This document shows positions 1-9,514 of a DNA stretch of 64,000 nt, one piece after another. The stretch spans positions 9,817 through 73,816 of the forward strand of contig CAJUKG010000010.1 of NCBI GenBank assembly GCA_910586925.1, read 5' to 3'. The DNA is from an uncultured Christensenellaceae bacterium (lineage in GTDB: Bacteria; Bacillota; Clostridia; Christensenellales; Pumilibacteraceae). Both the position numbers and the translations under genes were made by a program. The notes below the pieces were generated by a model. That model was not told the DNA's origin. It saw nothing but the letters and a program-made list of their open reading frames with translations, and did no database searches. How positions within the stretch are numbered: the stretch's first letter is position 1; the number at the start of each line of letters is the position of its first letter.

Positions 1-653
1 AATTTGACTTTGACGTCACGCTCCTCGCCCTTCGCGACACCGACAAGCCCGTCTTCGAAGCCGGGTATGAACGTGTTGCTACCGAGCTTAAGCTCGTATT
101 TCTCGGCCTTGCCGCCGTCGAACTCGACGCCGTCCACCGTGCCGACGTAATCTATGACGGTCGTGTCGCCGAGCGCGGCGGGACGATCCACCGAAACGGT
201 GCGCGACGCCTGACGCATTTCCGCATTTATACGGGTATCGACGTCCTCGTCGGTTACATTATACTCAATCTTAGGCAGTTTAATACCTTTATACTCGCCG
301 AGTTTCGCGTCGGGATAAAGCGTGAACGTGAGAGTGAACGCAAGAGCTTCGCCTTCGCCTGTTTTGTCCGGCATGACTTCGGGCTGACCGAAAACTTCAA
401 GCTCGGTATGCTCGGTGAGGAACTCGCGCACGACGCGGTTAAGACAGAGGTCGATGGCGTCGTCGAAGAACACGCCTTTTCCGTAACGCGCTTCTATGAA
501 ACTGCGCGGAGCTTTGCCCGGTCTGAATCCGTCGACTCTATACTTACGCGCGGTGCGCACATACGCATTGTCAAGCTCGGTTTCCCATTCCTCGGGAGTG
601 AGTGCGATCTTAAGTGTAGCTTCGCACTTGTTTTTCTCAAATGTCGATTTCAT
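1..653 (-). CDS. tig: Trigger factor, N-terminal part (the gene leaves the window at its 3' end)
   Basis: This gene is not in the ORF track because it has no stop in the window. Manual translation from ATG 653..651 gives MKSTFEKNKCEATLKIALTPEEWETELDNAYVRTARKYRVDGFRPGKAPRSFIEARYGKGVFF..., which contains the GFRPGKAP trigger-factor signature. It continues into ...DYVGTVDGVEFDGGKAEKYELKLGSNTFIPGFEDGLVG, the start of an FKBP-type PPIase. GGAGG lies 4 nt upstream of the ATG. Confidence 0.85.
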   Translation of the reverse strand, partial: MKSTFEKNKCEATLKIALTPEEWETELDNAYVRTARKYRVDGFRPGKAPRSFIEARYGKGVFFDDAIDLCLNRVVREFLTEHTELEVFGQPEVMPDKTGEGEALAFTLTFTLYPDAKLGEYKGIKLPKIEYNVTDEDVDTRINAEMRQASRTVSVDRPAALGDTTVIDYVGTVDGVEFDGGKAEKYELKLGSNTFIPGFEDGLVGVAKGEERDVKVK

Positions 654-728
654 TATGCCTCCAAAGAGTTTTCGGCTTTTAGCCTGTTGTATTTCTTGCT
701 ATATATTAACCATATTATCAGCCATACT

Positions 729-757
729 ATTTTAACACTATTGCGTCTTCTTGTCAA
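729..757 (-). promoter_or_regulatory. Putative sigma70-type promoter of tig
   Basis: Read on the minus strand: TTGACA (757..752), 17 nt spacer, TAAAAT (734..729). It lies about 75 nt upstream of the tig ATG. This is a sequence pattern only. Confidence 0.4.
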
Positions 758-776
758 TCATTACGCGCACAAAAGA

Positions 777-805
777 TTGATTTTCCTCGAGTTTAATGGT
801 ATACT
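777..805 (+). promoter_or_regulatory. Putative sigma70-type promoter of rqcH
   Basis: TTGATT (777..782), 17 nt spacer, TATACT (800..805). It lies about 50 nt upstream of ATG 858. Confidence 0.4.
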
Positions 806-857
806 GTATATGCGCGGGAAATTTCATCGCAAACCGCTTTCCTCGCGCTCGAGGATT

Positions 858-2528
858 ATGCCTAAAGACGCTCTTACAATATACCGCGCCGCATGCGAAC
901 TCGACATGCTCGTGGGCGGACGTATAGACAAAGTGACGATGCCGAACGCCGACACCGTGATTTTGCTTATCCACACCGCCGCCGGCAATCACCGACTGTT
1001 GCTGTCTTGCAACCCGTCGCTGCCGCGCGCGCACATTACGACCATGCAGTACAAAAACCCCGAAACGGCGTCGGGCACGCTGATGTATTTCCGCAAACGT
1101 CTGACGGGCGCGGTACTTACCGCCGTCGTCAAGGACAGGTGCGAACGCATAATAAGTTTCGAGCTGTCCGCACTCGACGAACTGCGCGAGCGCGTTAAAT
1201 ACAGTCTGAAAGTCGAACTTACGGGCAAATGCGCCAACATAGTATTCGTCGGCGGCGACGGCACCATAGGTAATTGCCTGCGCCGTATCACCGCCGAGGT
1301 CGACGGCAAACGCGCCGTTTTTCCGGGGCTTGCGTACACTCTGCCAAACCCCACGGGCAGGGTCGGTATATTCGACCGCGAGAGCCTGAAATCGCGTGTA
1401 GCGGCAATGAGCGGCGTTTCCTTTCGTGCCGCGCTCAATAAATGCGTTGCGGGGCTTGCCGTGACTACTGTGGATGAGCTTGTTTCGCGCATGAACGTCG
1501 GCGACGAAACCCCGCCGTCCGACGCGCTCACCGACGCGTTTATCGCGCTCGCCGAGAAGCTGTACACCGCGCCCGCTTCCCCCGTCGTTTCGTTCGACGG
1601 TAACAAGCCGCTCGACTACTTCGTCGAGCCGTATTCTACGTGCGGCGGCGCGGTCAAGCGTTACCCCTCGCTCAATGCAGCTATGGACGATTACTATTCC
1701 GCGCTGTTTGCGGCGTCCGATCTTACAATGCGCTTAAAGCCGCTTCGCGCCGCAGTCAAAACCGCGACCGCAAAAAACAGAAAGCGCAGAGAGGACGCGC
1801 TCGTCAAACTCGCCGAGAGCGAAGCCGCCGACACGGACAGACAGCTCGGCGAACTCATCACCGCCAACATATACAAGATCAAACGCGGCGACAGCTCCGT
1901 CACCGTGCAAAATTGGTTCACCGACGGCAGTGACGTAACCATACCACTCGACGTAACCAAAAACGCACAGCAAAACGCGGCGGCACATTTCAAGTCATAC
2001 TCGAAGAAGAAAAAAGCGGCGGTATACGCCCGCGACGCACTGCAAAAAGCGACCGACGCTCTGTTCACGCTCGAAAGCATTTCCGCCGAACTCGATCTCA
2101 TCACGGACGCCGCGGAAGTCGACGAAGTGCGCGAAGAACTCGTTTCGCTCGGACTGATAAAGCCCGACAAAAAGCGCAAAAAAACAAAGCCGATACCGTC
2201 GACGCATTACACGTTCGACATATACGGCGCGACGCTTTTCGTCGGCAAAAACCACGCCCAGAACGACCGCATTACGCGCGGGGCGGCGAAAACCGACACA
2301 TGGTTGCACGTAAAGGACGCTCACGGCAGTCACGCCGTACTCAAGACCGCAAACCCTACCGACGAGCAAATCACGCGCGCGGCGGAGCTTGCCGCATACT
2401 ACTCGCAATCGCGCGGATCGGAAAACGTCGCGGTGGATTACACGCTAATAAAATACGTGTTCCCGCACGGCGGCGGTCACGTCGAATACAAAAATCATAA
2501 AACCGTTTTCGTCGATCCCAAGCCGTGA
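858..2528 (+). CDS. rqcH: Ribosome quality control protein RqcH / fibronectin-binding protein A family (NFACT-N ... NFACT-R/DUF814)
   Basis: The track ORF is 408..2528, but the sensible start is ATG 858, giving MPKDALTIYRAACELDMLVGGRIDKV (an NFACT-N type N-terminus). The 408..857 extension runs through the tig/rqcH promoter region. The middle is coiled-coil, and the C-terminus reads ...WLHVKDAHGSHAVLK...AVDYTLIKYVFPHGGGHVEYKNHKTVFV (DUF814-like). Confidence 0.85.
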   Translation: MPKDALTIYRAACELDMLVGGRIDKVTMPNADTVILLIHTAAGNHRLLLSCNPSLPRAHITTMQYKNPETASGTLMYFRKRLTGAVLTAVVKDRCERIISFELSALDELRERVKYSLKVELTGKCANIVFVGGDGTIGNCLRRITAEVDGKRAVFPGLAYTLPNPTGRVGIFDRESLKSRVAAMSGVSFRAALNKCVAGLAVTTVDELVSRMNVGDETPPSDALTDAFIALAEKLYTAPASPVVSFDGNKPLDYFVEPYSTCGGAVKRYPSLNAAMDDYYSALFAASDLTMRLKPLRAAVKTATAKNRKRREDALVKLAESEAADTDRQLGELITANIYKIKRGDSSVTVQNWFTDGSDVTIPLDVTKNAQQNAAAHFKSYSKKKKAAVYARDALQKATDALFTLESISAELDLITDAAEVDEVREELVSLGLIKPDKKRKKTKPIPSTHYTFDIYGATLFVGKNHAQNDRITRGAAKTDTWLHVKDAHGSHAVLKTANPTDEQITRAAELAAYYSQSRGSENVAVDYTLIKYVFPHGGGHVEYKNHKTVFVDPKP

Positions 2529-2541
2529 TATAACGCAACAT

Positions 2542-2576
2542 AAAAAGCCGCACGATTTCCGCGCGGCTTTTTCTTT
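2542..2576. terminator. Bidirectional rho-independent terminator between convergent rqcH and the TrmH-family gene
   Basis: AAAAAGCCGCAC-gatttcc-GCGCGGCTTTTTC. The stem is ~8 bp with one mismatch, with an A-run on the left and a T-run on the right. Confidence 0.6.
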
Positions 2577-2615
2577 GCCGTATATTGATTGTCCTTGCAT
2601 TTTTTCGTACGTTCG

Positions 2616-3320
2616 TTATCGCGTTTGTATACTGATTTTGTAAAGCGCGATCGCGACGGCGGTCGCAAGGTTCAGACTGTCCGCTTTATCCGACTGTTCG
2701 ATCTTTACCCCGCCGTACCGCGAAAACTCGCGCGGCAATCCCGTCGCCTCGTTGCCGAAAACGAGCGCGTACTTTTTGTCTTTCGCGAAATCGCGCTCGG
2801 CAAACGGCAAGCCGTCGAGCATGAACGGCAAGATCTCTCGCTTGCCGTATTTTTCCGCATACGCCTCGAAGCTGTCGAACAGCTCGAAGTTTATGCCGAA
2901 CACCGCACCCATGCTTGCCCGCACCGTTTTGGGATCGAACGGATCGGCAGACGGGCGTATTACGACGAGGTCGACACTGTCGAACGCCGCTACATCGCGA
3001 ATGATCGTGCCGAGATTGCCGCTGTTGGACGGGTTCACGAGCACTATGTGATTGCGCTCGCCGCAAATTTTCGCGTCGAACTTCTCGAACTCGCCTATCA
3101 CGAAACAATTCTCTTTGGGGCTTAAAATGTTAAACGCTTTTTCGCTCGCGACGACGGGCACGCCGAGCGTTTTCGCTTTTTCGGTGACTGCGTCGACGTC
3201 CGATTTGGGCGAAACGTATACGCACCGCGCATATTCGCCGCGGCGGTTCAAAAGCTCCATTGTGACGGTCGCGCCGAGTGCGTAAGACACGCCGTCCGTT
3301 TTTTTGTATTTCTTGACCAT
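2616..3320 (-). CDS. TrmH/SpoU-family RNA 2'-O-methyltransferase
   Basis: SpoU-type motifs are present: HIVLVNPSNSGNLGTIIR, ALVFGNEATGLP and IEQSDKADSLNLATAVAIALY. The start is placed at MVKKYKK (ATG 3320); the ORF could extend to 3356. Confidence 0.8.
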   Translation of the reverse strand: MVKKYKKTDGVSYALGATVTMELLNRRGEYARCVYVSPKSDVDAVTEKAKTLGVPVVASEKAFNILSPKENCFVIGEFEKFDAKICGERNHIVLVNPSNSGNLGTIIRDVAAFDSVDLVVIRPSADPFDPKTVRASMGAVFGINFELFDSFEAYAEKYGKREILPFMLDGLPFAERDFAKDKKYALVFGNEATGLPREFSRYGGVKIEQSDKADSLNLATAVAIALYKISIQTR

Positions 3321-3369
3321 AATTTCCCAAGCAAAAACCGCGTAGCACCCTGCCACGCGGCATTATTTC

Positions 3370-3690
3370 CTATGCAACGATCGTCCAGATAAGTCCGAAC
3401 ACCGCGAGCGCGAACAGCACGCCCATGATCGCGACGTTTATTATAGCCGACTTGTATGCGGGATCGCGATGGTTGACGTCTTTGGAGAACAGCACCAAAC
3501 AGCAACGCACTACCGATATGCCTGCGCCGACCGCGTAAGCGGCAAAGCCCGCAATGAGTACGCCGTCCACCGTGCACAGCCCGACGATGAGCAGTATCGA
3601 CCCGATGATCATAACGAGATCGCATACCTGTCTTAATCCGAACGGAACGAAATATCTTACGAATATGTTTTGTTTTTTCTTGACTGCCAT
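3370..3690 (-). CDS. Small integral membrane protein (about 3 TM), function unknown
   Basis: Start at MAVKKKQNIF (ATG 3690) within ORF 3370..3819. There are three hydrophobic segments. I recognise no family. Confidence 0.55.
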   Translation of the reverse strand: MAVKKKQNIFVRYFVPFGLRQVCDLVMIIGSILLIVGLCTVDGVLIAGFAAYAVGAGISVVRCCLVLFSKDVNHRDPAYKSAIINVAIMGVLFALAVFGLIWTIVA

Positions 3691-3718
3691 GATAATTCCT
3701 TTTGTTTGACCGTATGAA

Positions 3719-4048
3719 CTACAGAATGAGTCCGAGAAGGTTTGTAATAAGTCCGTAGACGACGAGCACGACGAATATGATCCAAACGATGAACCAACCC
3801 GTTCCCTTGTTGCGCGCAACGCGGTACGAGAGCGCGACGGGCACGAACATGCCGAGAATAAAGCAAATGCTCTGCACCCAAGACGTAAGCGACCTTATCC
3901 AAGTCCACGACCAACCGAACGCATTGTTCATCCAGTTCAACGTGCCGATTATTGCCATTGTCGCGCCGATCACTATGATCAGCCAGAAAGAGAACTTATT
4001 GAGCGAAAATCCGCTCGACGACGATCTCGAAGTTCTGCGATTTGCCAT
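3719..4048 (-). CDS. Small integral membrane protein (about 3 TM), function unknown
   Basis: MANRRTSRSSSSGF... followed by hydrophobic, W-rich segments. GGAG RBS (cataGGAGtttggtATG). Confidence 0.55.
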   Translation of the reverse strand: MANRRTSRSSSSGFSLNKFSFWLIIVIGATMAIIGTLNWMNNAFGWSWTWIRSLTSWVQSICFILGMFVPVALSYRVARNKGTGWFIVWIIFVVLVVYGLITNLLGLIL

Positions 4049-4062
4049 ACCAAACTCCTATG

Positions 4063-4092
4063 TTTTATTATTTACAGATTTTATTATTTACA
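4063..4092. repeat. Direct repeat TTTTATTATTTACA x2 (4063..4076 and 4079..4092) just upstream of the 3719..4048 gene
   Basis: Exact 14-nt A/T-rich duplication with 16-nt periodicity, located 15-44 nt upstream of ATG 4048 on the minus strand. It is a possible operator or promoter element. Confidence 0.5.
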
Positions 4093-4157
4093 AGTTTTGC
4101 GGTTTTAATTTTGCGCACCCGATAAATCTTATGTTTTGCGGAAATATTTCGCGCCGT

Positions 4158-4733
4158 TTATTTAAGTCCTTTCGACCCCGGCTTGACAGCCGCCGTGCCC
4201 GCTTTGCACATCGGGCAATCCTCGGGTGCGTATGTCTTTACTTCGATTTGAAGAAGCGACTCGTTAGGCACGCCGAAATCGACTTTGCCGCCGCTTCTGT
4301 CCACGACTTCCGCTACAGCCACTACCTTGCCGCCGATACGGTTTACAAGCTCGATGACCTCTTTTACCGATCCGCCCGTCGTTACTACGTTCTCCGCTAT
4401 CACTACGCGACTGCCCTTTTTAAGCTCGAAGCCGCGACGCAATGCGAAATTGCCGTCTTTTTCCCGTTCCGCGAACATGTTGGGTATCCCGAGTTGCTTG
4501 CCGAGTTCGTATCCGAAAATAATCGCGCCGACAGCCGGCGAAACTATGACGTCGGCATTGTACCTCTTGATCTTTTCCGCCGCCATTTTGCAGAGCTTTT
4601 CAGAGATCTCTCCGTGCTCGAATAGCTTTGCGCACTGCATATACGTGTCGGAATGAAGCCCCGACGTCAGAATGAAATGCCCGTGAAGCACCGCACCCGA
4701 CTGTTCGAATAATTGCATTACCTCGTTAGTCAA
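4158..4733 (-). CDS. pyrE: Orotate phosphoribosyltransferase
   Basis: ...SGAVLHGHFILTSGLHSDTYMQCAKL..., PRPP loop VVIAENVVTTGGS. The start is uncertain. TTG 4733 has GGAGGA 7 nt upstream and overlaps the pyrD stop by 8 nt. Alternatives are ATG 4763, TTG 4766 (the track start) and ATG 4718. Confidence 0.85.
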   Translation of the reverse strand: MTNEVMQLFEQSGAVLHGHFILTSGLHSDTYMQCAKLFEHGEISEKLCKMAAEKIKRYNADVIVSPAVGAIIFGYELGKQLGIPNMFAEREKDGNFALRRGFELKKGSRVVIAENVVTTGGSVKEVIELVNRIGGKVVAVAEVVDRSGGKVDFGVPNESLLQIEVKTYAPEDCPMCKAGTAAVKPGSKGLK

Positions 4734-5634
4734 CAGACAATCCTCCGATAATAGACTGTACATCAATTATATTATCACGTTCGCAAAGTTTTGTCAACTC
4801 ATTTACGATATTTATAGCCGCAAACGGGTCGAAAATATTCGCCGAGCCTACCTGCACCGCCGATGCGCCGCACAGCATGAACTCGCCTGCGTCCTCGCCC
4901 GTCATTATGCCGCCCATGCCGATGATCGGAATGTGCAATACTTTATGGCACTCGTACACCATGCGAAGCGCGATCGGCTTGACGCACGGTCCGCTCAATC
5001 CGCCCGTTACGACTTTAAGCACGGGCTTGCGCTTTTTGAAATCGACCGCCATAGCCGCGACGGTATTTATAAGACTGACTGCGTCCGCGCCCCCGCGCTC
5101 TGCGGCAAGCGCGTTCGCGGCTATGTTCGACACATTGGGAGTGAGTTTTATTATAAGCGGTTTTTTACATTTTTTGCGCACCGCTTTTACGATATGCTCG
5201 ACGCCGGACGGCTCGACGCCGAACGCCATGCCGCCCTTTTTGACGTTCGGGCACGATATGTTCAGTTCGATCATATCGACGTCCGACTCGCTCAATATCT
5301 CCACTATTCGCACGTAATCTTCTTCGGAGCTGCCCGCGGCGTTCGCTATGACGACCGCGCCCGTGCTCCGCATAAACGGCAGTTCGTTTTGTATAAAATA
5401 CTCGACGCCGGGGTTTTGCAGTCCGACGCTGTTGAGCATGCCCGACGGCGTTTCGGCTATCCTGACGGGCGCATTGCCCTGCCTCGGCTCGAGCGTAAGT
5501 CCTTTGGAGCTTATCCCGCCGAGAAGTCCGACGTCATAAAACTCGTTATATTCTCTGCCGAATCCGAACGTGCCCGACGCCGCAATTATCGGGTTTTTGA
5601 ACTCGACGCCCGCAACCGTAGTTTTCATATTCAT
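4726..5634 (-). CDS. pyrD: Dihydroorotate dehydrogenase B (NAD+), catalytic subunit
   Basis: IIAASGTFGFG, ELNISCPNVKKGG, TGGLSGP and IIGMGGI, typical of class 1B PyrD. It sits next to pyrK. Confidence 0.92.
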   Translation of the reverse strand: MNMKTTVAGVEFKNPIIAASGTFGFGREYNEFYDVGLLGGISSKGLTLEPRQGNAPVRIAETPSGMLNSVGLQNPGVEYFIQNELPFMRSTGAVVIANAAGSSEEDYVRIVEILSESDVDMIELNISCPNVKKGGMAFGVEPSGVEHIVKAVRKKCKKPLIIKLTPNVSNIAANALAAERGGADAVSLINTVAAMAVDFKKRKPVLKVVTGGLSGPCVKPIALRMVYECHKVLHIPIIGMGGIMTGEDAGEFMLCGASAVQVGSANIFDPFAAINIVNELTKLCERDNIIDVQSIIGGLSVD

Positions 5635-5646
5635 GGCACTTTACTC

Positions 5647-6411
5647 CTATAACACTATGTCTTGCAACGGGAACACCGGACCGTCCGCGCACGCGCGCAG
5701 TAATTTTTCGGTGCCGTCCACCATGATTTTTACCGAGCACACAAGACACGCACCGACGCCGCAGCCCATGCGCTGTTCCATGCTCGCAAACCCGATAACG
5801 CCGAGCTTGCGGCAGTATTCCTTCGCGGTGCGCATAAGTCCCGGTGCGCCGCACACGTACAGCACTTCGGGCGCGATTTCGGTGAGAAGATCGGTGGGAT
5901 AACCGTGATAGCCCAAACTTCCGTCGTCGGTACAGTAGCACACCTTTTTGCATACCCTGTCGAAATCGTCTTTATATGCGTCGCGGTACGCCTTGTTCTG
6001 AAAACCCAGAAGCGCGGTCACGTTGAGCGACGGATTGTCCTCGGCTATCTTGAGCAGCGGCGCGCACCCGCTTCCGCCCGCAAGTATCGCGATATTCGTC
6101 TTGTCGGGCAGTATGGGAAAGCCGTTGCCGAGCGGGAGCAGTGCGTCGAACTCCGCGCCTTTACACTGCGCGACGAACGCGGCTGTGCCCGCACCGATAC
6201 TCGCCACCATAAAAGTGATAGTATGCTCGGTATTGCGGTACACGCAAATCGGACGGCGCAGGTCTTTGCCCGGCACTTTGAGATGCGCGAACTGTCCCGC
6301 CGCTATGTGCGGAAGAATTTCTTCGCTCTCGCACGTCACGCGATAAAAGCCGTCGCCGAACTTTTCGTTTTCGATTATCTTGAGTTTAACCTTTTGCGGT
6401 TTCATGATCAT
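5647..6411 (-). CDS. pyrK: Dihydroorotate dehydrogenase electron-transfer subunit
   Basis: FNR-like FAD/NAD module (RPICVY, ILAGGSGCAP) plus a C-terminal 2Fe-2S cysteine cluster (CGVGACLVCSV...C). Confidence 0.9.
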   Translation of the reverse strand: MIMKPQKVKLKIIENEKFGDGFYRVTCESEEILPHIAAGQFAHLKVPGKDLRRPICVYRNTEHTITFMVASIGAGTAAFVAQCKGAEFDALLPLGNGFPILPDKTNIAILAGGSGCAPLLKIAEDNPSLNVTALLGFQNKAYRDAYKDDFDRVCKKVCYCTDDGSLGYHGYPTDLLTEIAPEVLYVCGAPGLMRTAKEYCRKLGVIGFASMEQRMGCGVGACLVCSVKIMVDGTEKLLRACADGPVFPLQDIVL

Positions 6412-6441
6412 ACCTTTTTCGTGTTGTGTTTATCGTGAATT

Positions 6442-7326
6442 TTACAGTTTCAATGCTGAGCGCAGATCCTCGCGCATGGCTATCGCCGCTTCCCGCGCCG
6501 CGTCGTAATACGCAAGCGACGAGTATTCGGGTTTGCGGTATGCCGCGATTATGCCGCGCGAGTTATTGACTATCGCGCCGCCGCCATGTTCGTCGAACGA
6601 CGCCGCCGCGTCCGCGCCCTTGCCGCCCTGCGCACCGTAACCGGGCACGAGAAAGAACACGCCGGGAAGTGCCGCGCGGAGCCGAGCCGCTTCCGCGGGA
6701 TTGGTCGCGCCGACCACCGCGCCGACCGCGCTGTATCCGCTCTCGCCCTTGAGATCTTTGCCCCACTCTGCGATGAGCTTACCTATATGCTCGTACAGCG
6801 TGTCGCCCGTTTCCAGCTTCATGTTCTGTATCGCCGCCGCCGACGGATTGGACGTGCGTGCAAGCACGAAAATGCCCTTGCCTTTTTCGGCGCACTTGTC
6901 GGTGAACGGTTTGATCCCGTCATAGCCGAGATACGGATTGACGGTGATATAGTCGTAAAGATCGCCGTCGAGGTACGCGCTCGCATACGCCTCGGCGGTA
7001 GAGCCTATATCGTTGCGCTTGACGTCCGCCATGACGATAAGCCCCGCACGTTTTGCGTAATCCGCTATCGCCTTCATGACCACCGTTCCGTACTCGTCGT
7101 AGATCTCGTAGAACGCCGACTGTATCTTCACCGCGGGCACGATGTCCTTTATCTTGTCTATTATCTTGTATGTAAACTCGGCGACCGCCTTTGCCGACGA
7201 CGGCTTATCTTTGGCGAACTTTTTAAGATCGTCGGGCAGCATATCCACGCGCGGGTCGAGTCCCGCAACAGTCGGATTGCCGAGTTTCTTTATCCGTTCC
7301 GCAAGTTTGTCGGTGATGTTTTTCAT
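6442..7326 (-). CDS. pyrF: Orotidine-5'-phosphate decarboxylase (long, type 2)
   Basis: VAGLDPR, VKIQSAFYE, ADVKRNDIGSTA, NSRGI. The start overlaps the pyrC stop by 4 nt. Confidence 0.9.
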   Translation of the reverse strand: MKNITDKLAERIKKLGNPTVAGLDPRVDMLPDDLKKFAKDKPSSAKAVAEFTYKIIDKIKDIVPAVKIQSAFYEIYDEYGTVVMKAIADYAKRAGLIVMADVKRNDIGSTAEAYASAYLDGDLYDYITVNPYLGYDGIKPFTDKCAEKGKGIFVLARTSNPSAAAIQNMKLETGDTLYEHIGKLIAEWGKDLKGESGYSAVGAVVGATNPAEAARLRAALPGVFFLVPGYGAQGGKGADAAASFDEHGGGAIVNNSRGIIAAYRKPEYSSLAYYDAAREAAIAMREDLRSALKL

Positions 7327-8588
7327 AACAGTTTTTTATCTCCTTTTACGAACACGCACGACACGGTGCCGTGGAGCCGCCACCCGTCGAACAGTGAGTT
7401 TTTGGATTTGGATTTGAAATACGCGGTATCTACCGTGTATTCCTCGTCGGGGTCTACGATCGCTATATCCGCGCGCGCGCCTTCGGCTATTCTGCCTCTG
7501 TCGGCAAGCCCGAGTATCGCCGCGGGCGAAGTGCTCATCAGCCGACAAAGGTCGGAAAGTTTGATAGCGTCGGTGAGTACGAGCCGAGTATACGCGACGG
7601 CGAACGCCGTTTCCAATCCCACCGTTCCGAACGGCGCGTAATCGAATTCCTTGTTCTTTTCGTCGAAGTGATGCGGCGCGTGGTCTGTCGCTATCACGTC
7701 GATAGTGCCGTCCGCAAGCCCCGCTATTATCGCTTCCACGTCGCGCTCGGTGCGAAGCGGCGGATTGATTTTCGCATTCGTGTTATACGATAAAATCTCG
7801 TCGTCTGTCGCCGCGAAGTAGTGCGGACACGTTTCGCAGGTGACCTTGACGCCCCGCTTTTTGGCGGCGCGGATAATATCCACCGATTCCGCCGTTGACA
7901 CGTGGCATATGTGTATACTCGCACCCGCTTCCTCGGCGAGCAGTACGTCGCGCGCTATCGCCGCGCTTTCCGCCGCGCGGGGTATGCCGCGCAAACCGCT
8001 CGAAGTGGCGTTTGCTCCCGCATTGACGACGCCGCTTCCCGAAATGCTCTTATCCTCGCTGTGCGACAAGAGCGTAATGTCGAAAGTTTTCGCGTACTTG
8101 AGCGCGTTGAGCATTACCGCGCCGTCGCTCACGGGTACGCCGTCGTCGGACACCGCTATCGCGCCCGCCGCTTTCATTTTACCGAACTCGGCAAGCTCGC
8201 CGCCCTTCTGCCCGCGCGTTATGCAGCCGACGGGCAACACTTCCGCACCGCCCGCTTCGGCGGACTTTTGCCGCACGTACGAAACAAGCCCCGCATTGTC
8301 TATCGGCGGCGCGGTGTTGGGCATACAGCACACCGTGGTGTACCCGCCCGCAACAGCCGCGCGTGCGCCCGAACGAATATCTTCTTTATGCGTTTGACCC
8401 GGATCGCGCAAATGACAGTGCATATCTATAAAACCGGGAAAAACAAGCCTGCCGTCGCAATCTATTATGTCCGCGCCGAAACACTCGATGCCTGGCGCGA
8501 CTTTCGCTATAACTTCGCCGTCGATGAGGACGTCCGTTTGTTGCATACCGTTGCTGTTGACTACGGTACCGTTTTTCAAAAGTATCAT
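7323..8588 (-). CDS. pyrC: Dihydroorotase
   Basis: FIDMHCHLRDPG, ...ATDHAPH.... 4-nt overlaps with both neighbouring genes. Confidence 0.92.
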   Translation of the reverse strand: MILLKNGTVVNSNGMQQTDVLIDGEVIAKVAPGIECFGADIIDCDGRLVFPGFIDMHCHLRDPGQTHKEDIRSGARAAVAGGYTTVCCMPNTAPPIDNAGLVSYVRQKSAEAGGAEVLPVGCITRGQKGGELAEFGKMKAAGAIAVSDDGVPVSDGAVMLNALKYAKTFDITLLSHSEDKSISGSGVVNAGANATSSGLRGIPRAAESAAIARDVLLAEEAGASIHICHVSTAESVDIIRAAKKRGVKVTCETCPHYFAATDDEILSYNTNAKINPPLRTERDVEAIIAGLADGTIDVIATDHAPHHFDEKNKEFDYAPFGTVGLETAFAVAYTRLVLTDAIKLSDLCRLMSTSPAAILGLADRGRIAEGARADIAIVDPDEEYTVDTAYFKSKSKNSLFDGWRLHGTVSCVFVKGDKKLL

Positions 8589-9499
8589 TTCGCGCCTCCC
8601 AACAAAAGTTTTATCATCGCCATGCGCACGGCGACGCCGTTGGTAACCTGTTCGAGTATATAACTGTCGGCACAGTCCGCAACCTCGCCCGAGATCTCAG
8701 CTTCGCGGTTGATAGGACCCGGGTGCATGACCATGAACTCGTCGGCGCACATGCGAAGCCGCCGCGCCGTCACGCCGTAGTACTCGTGATACTCCTCGCG
8801 CGACGAGAAAAACGCCTGATCCATGCGTTCGAGCTGCAACCGCAAAGGCATGACTATGCTCGCTCCGTCGATCGCGCGGTCGAAATCTGGTTCGACTTCG
8901 CACCCAAGCTCGTCCACGCAGTCGGGAAGCAGTGTGTACGGTCCGCACACGGTGACCGCCGCGCCCAACATGCCGAACAGCGCGATATTGCTGCGTGCGA
9001 CGCGCGAATGTTTGATATCGCCGACTATGACGAGCTTCTTGCCTTCCACGTCGCCGAACCTTCTTATCGCGGTGAGCGCGTCGAGAAGTGCCTGCGACGG
9101 GTGTTCGTTCATGCCGTCGCCCGCGTTTATGACCGACGCTTTTATCGTTTCGGCGAGAAGCCGCGCACTGCCCGCAACGGGGTGACGAATGATTATCATA
9201 TCCGTTTTGAGCGCGTCGAGCGTCTTGCCCGTATCGACAAGGGTTTCGCCCTTTTGCACCGACGACGTCGCGACTGATATGCCCATTGTGGACGCGCCGA
9301 GATTTTTTGCGGCTATATCGAACGAATTGCGTGTGCGCGTCGAGTTTTCGTAAAACAGCGTCGCCACGCTTTTGCCCGCGAGTTCTTTGCTTTTCTCGCC
9401 GACGTCTATCATTTCGCGCATGGTTTGCGCCGTCGATAAAAGCTCGTTGACTTCCGATCTCGACAGATCTTTGATTCCGAGTATGTCTTTACGTTTCAT
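8585..9499 (-). CDS. pyrB: Aspartate carbamoyltransferase catalytic subunit
   Basis: ENSTRTRNSFD, HPSQALLD, MHPGP. No pyrI follows. Confidence 0.92.
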   Translation of the reverse strand: MKRKDILGIKDLSRSEVNELLSTAQTMREMIDVGEKSKELAGKSVATLFYENSTRTRNSFDIAAKNLGASTMGISVATSSVQKGETLVDTGKTLDALKTDMIIIRHPVAGSARLLAETIKASVINAGDGMNEHPSQALLDALTAIRRFGDVEGKKLVIVGDIKHSRVARSNIALFGMLGAAVTVCGPYTLLPDCVDELGCEVEPDFDRAIDGASIVMPLRLQLERMDQAFFSSREEYHEYYGVTARRLRMCADEFMVMHPGPINREAEISGEVADCADSYILEQVTNGVAVRMAMIKLLLGGAK

Positions 9500-9514
9500 G
9501 TTACCCGTTCTCCT

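Noticed and set aside
408-857. The 150-aa N-terminal extension of the rqcH ORF (the track start is 408)
   Set aside because: It runs antisense through the 5' end of tig and across the divergent promoter region. The NFACT-N domain begins at Met 858.
9500-9514. PyrR-binding attenuator upstream of pyrB
   Set aside because: Only 15 nt of intergenic sequence exist, which leaves no space for the anti-terminator and terminator hairpins.
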